From assembly GCA_030426865.1 (NCBI GenBank), contig JAUHXN010000001.1:1-32974 (forward strand): a stretch of 32,974 nucleotides of DNA. Reading direction: 5' to 3'. The stretch is from a bacterium. Its GTDB lineage: Bacteria > Bacteroidota > Ignavibacteria > Kapaibacteriales > UBA2268. Under the pieces are notes generated by a model that made no database searches, was not told the DNA's origin, and saw nothing but the letters and a program-made list of their open reading frames with translations. This document shows, piece by piece, positions 32,820 to 32,974 of the stretch. Positions within the stretch are counted from its first letter, which is position 1, and each line of letters begins with the position of its first letter. The position numbers and the translations under genes are program-made.

Positions 32820-32974
32820 ATGATAAAAAAAATAATCTTTACAATAATGCTGATTACGTTGATTTCTTGTGGGAAAGAAGAAGAATCTGTAAAGCCAGTA
32901 GTTCAAAATCTAACTGAGTCAGTTTATGCCTCAGTAACAGTTCAACCAGAAGAGCTTTACGATGTGTATGCTTC
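32820..32974 (+). CDS. Lipoprotein, 5' partial; possibly an efflux periplasmic adaptor (HlyD/MFP family)
   Basis: It translates as MIKKIIFTIMLITLISCGKEEE... with the lipobox LISC. The segment LTESVYASVTVQP resembles the N-termini of Bacteroidota adaptor subunits. It is truncated by the window end. Confidence 0.4.
   Translation, partial: MIKKIIFTIMLITLISCGKEEESVKPVVQNLTESVYASVTVQPEELYDVYA

Noticed and set aside
1-32974. Scan for CRISPR arrays, rRNA or tRNA genes, transposases and group II intron features
   Set aside because: I saw no regularly spaced 25-40 bp repeats, no conserved rRNA or tRNA strings and no DDE, serine or tyrosine recombinase-like ORFs. All intergenic gaps except 13430-13787 and 3121-3315 are short.

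Overview
AT-rich chromosomal segment (roughly one-third GC by eye), probably from the Bacteroidota/FCB group. Four encoded proteins end in T9SS-type C-terminal sorting domains, leaders are A-rich and lack Shine-Dalgarno sequences, and several genes appear to start at TTG or GTG. I recognise these housekeeping genes with good confidence: a PaaZ-like fused aldehyde dehydrogenase/MaoC hydratase, mscL, serS, rpiB, murE, a MoxR AAA+ ATPase, a Nudix CoA pyrophosphatase, a cupin, an FA2H-like fatty acid hydroxylase and a serine-palmitoyltransferase-like alpha-oxoamine synthase. I found no rRNA, tRNA, CRISPR array, transposase or integrase. The most unusual items are: (1) a 2.07-kb insertion (3041-5189) bracketed by 84-bp direct repeats that duplicate the last 27 codons plus stop of a membrane-protein gene. 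It carries two ORFs of no family I recognise, in the same frame and separated by a single TAG. (2) A 1451-aa T9SS cargo protein with three tandem ~365-aa units, each with an intact legumain/caspase-like His...Cys dyad. (3) A small secreted protein whose predicted mature N-terminus is Cys-Ser-Cys and whose motif order resembles the TIMP/NTR inhibitor fold. (4) Tandem diverging lipoprotein paralogs joined by an ATGA overlap. (5) An alkyltransferase-like protein with PAHR in place of PCHR. (6) An M16 homolog without its zinc motif inside a Nudix-M16-MoxR gene string. (7) A cluster of DnaA-box-like 9-mers between serS and rpiB. All family assignments come from motif recognition by eye and need HMM or structure searches.
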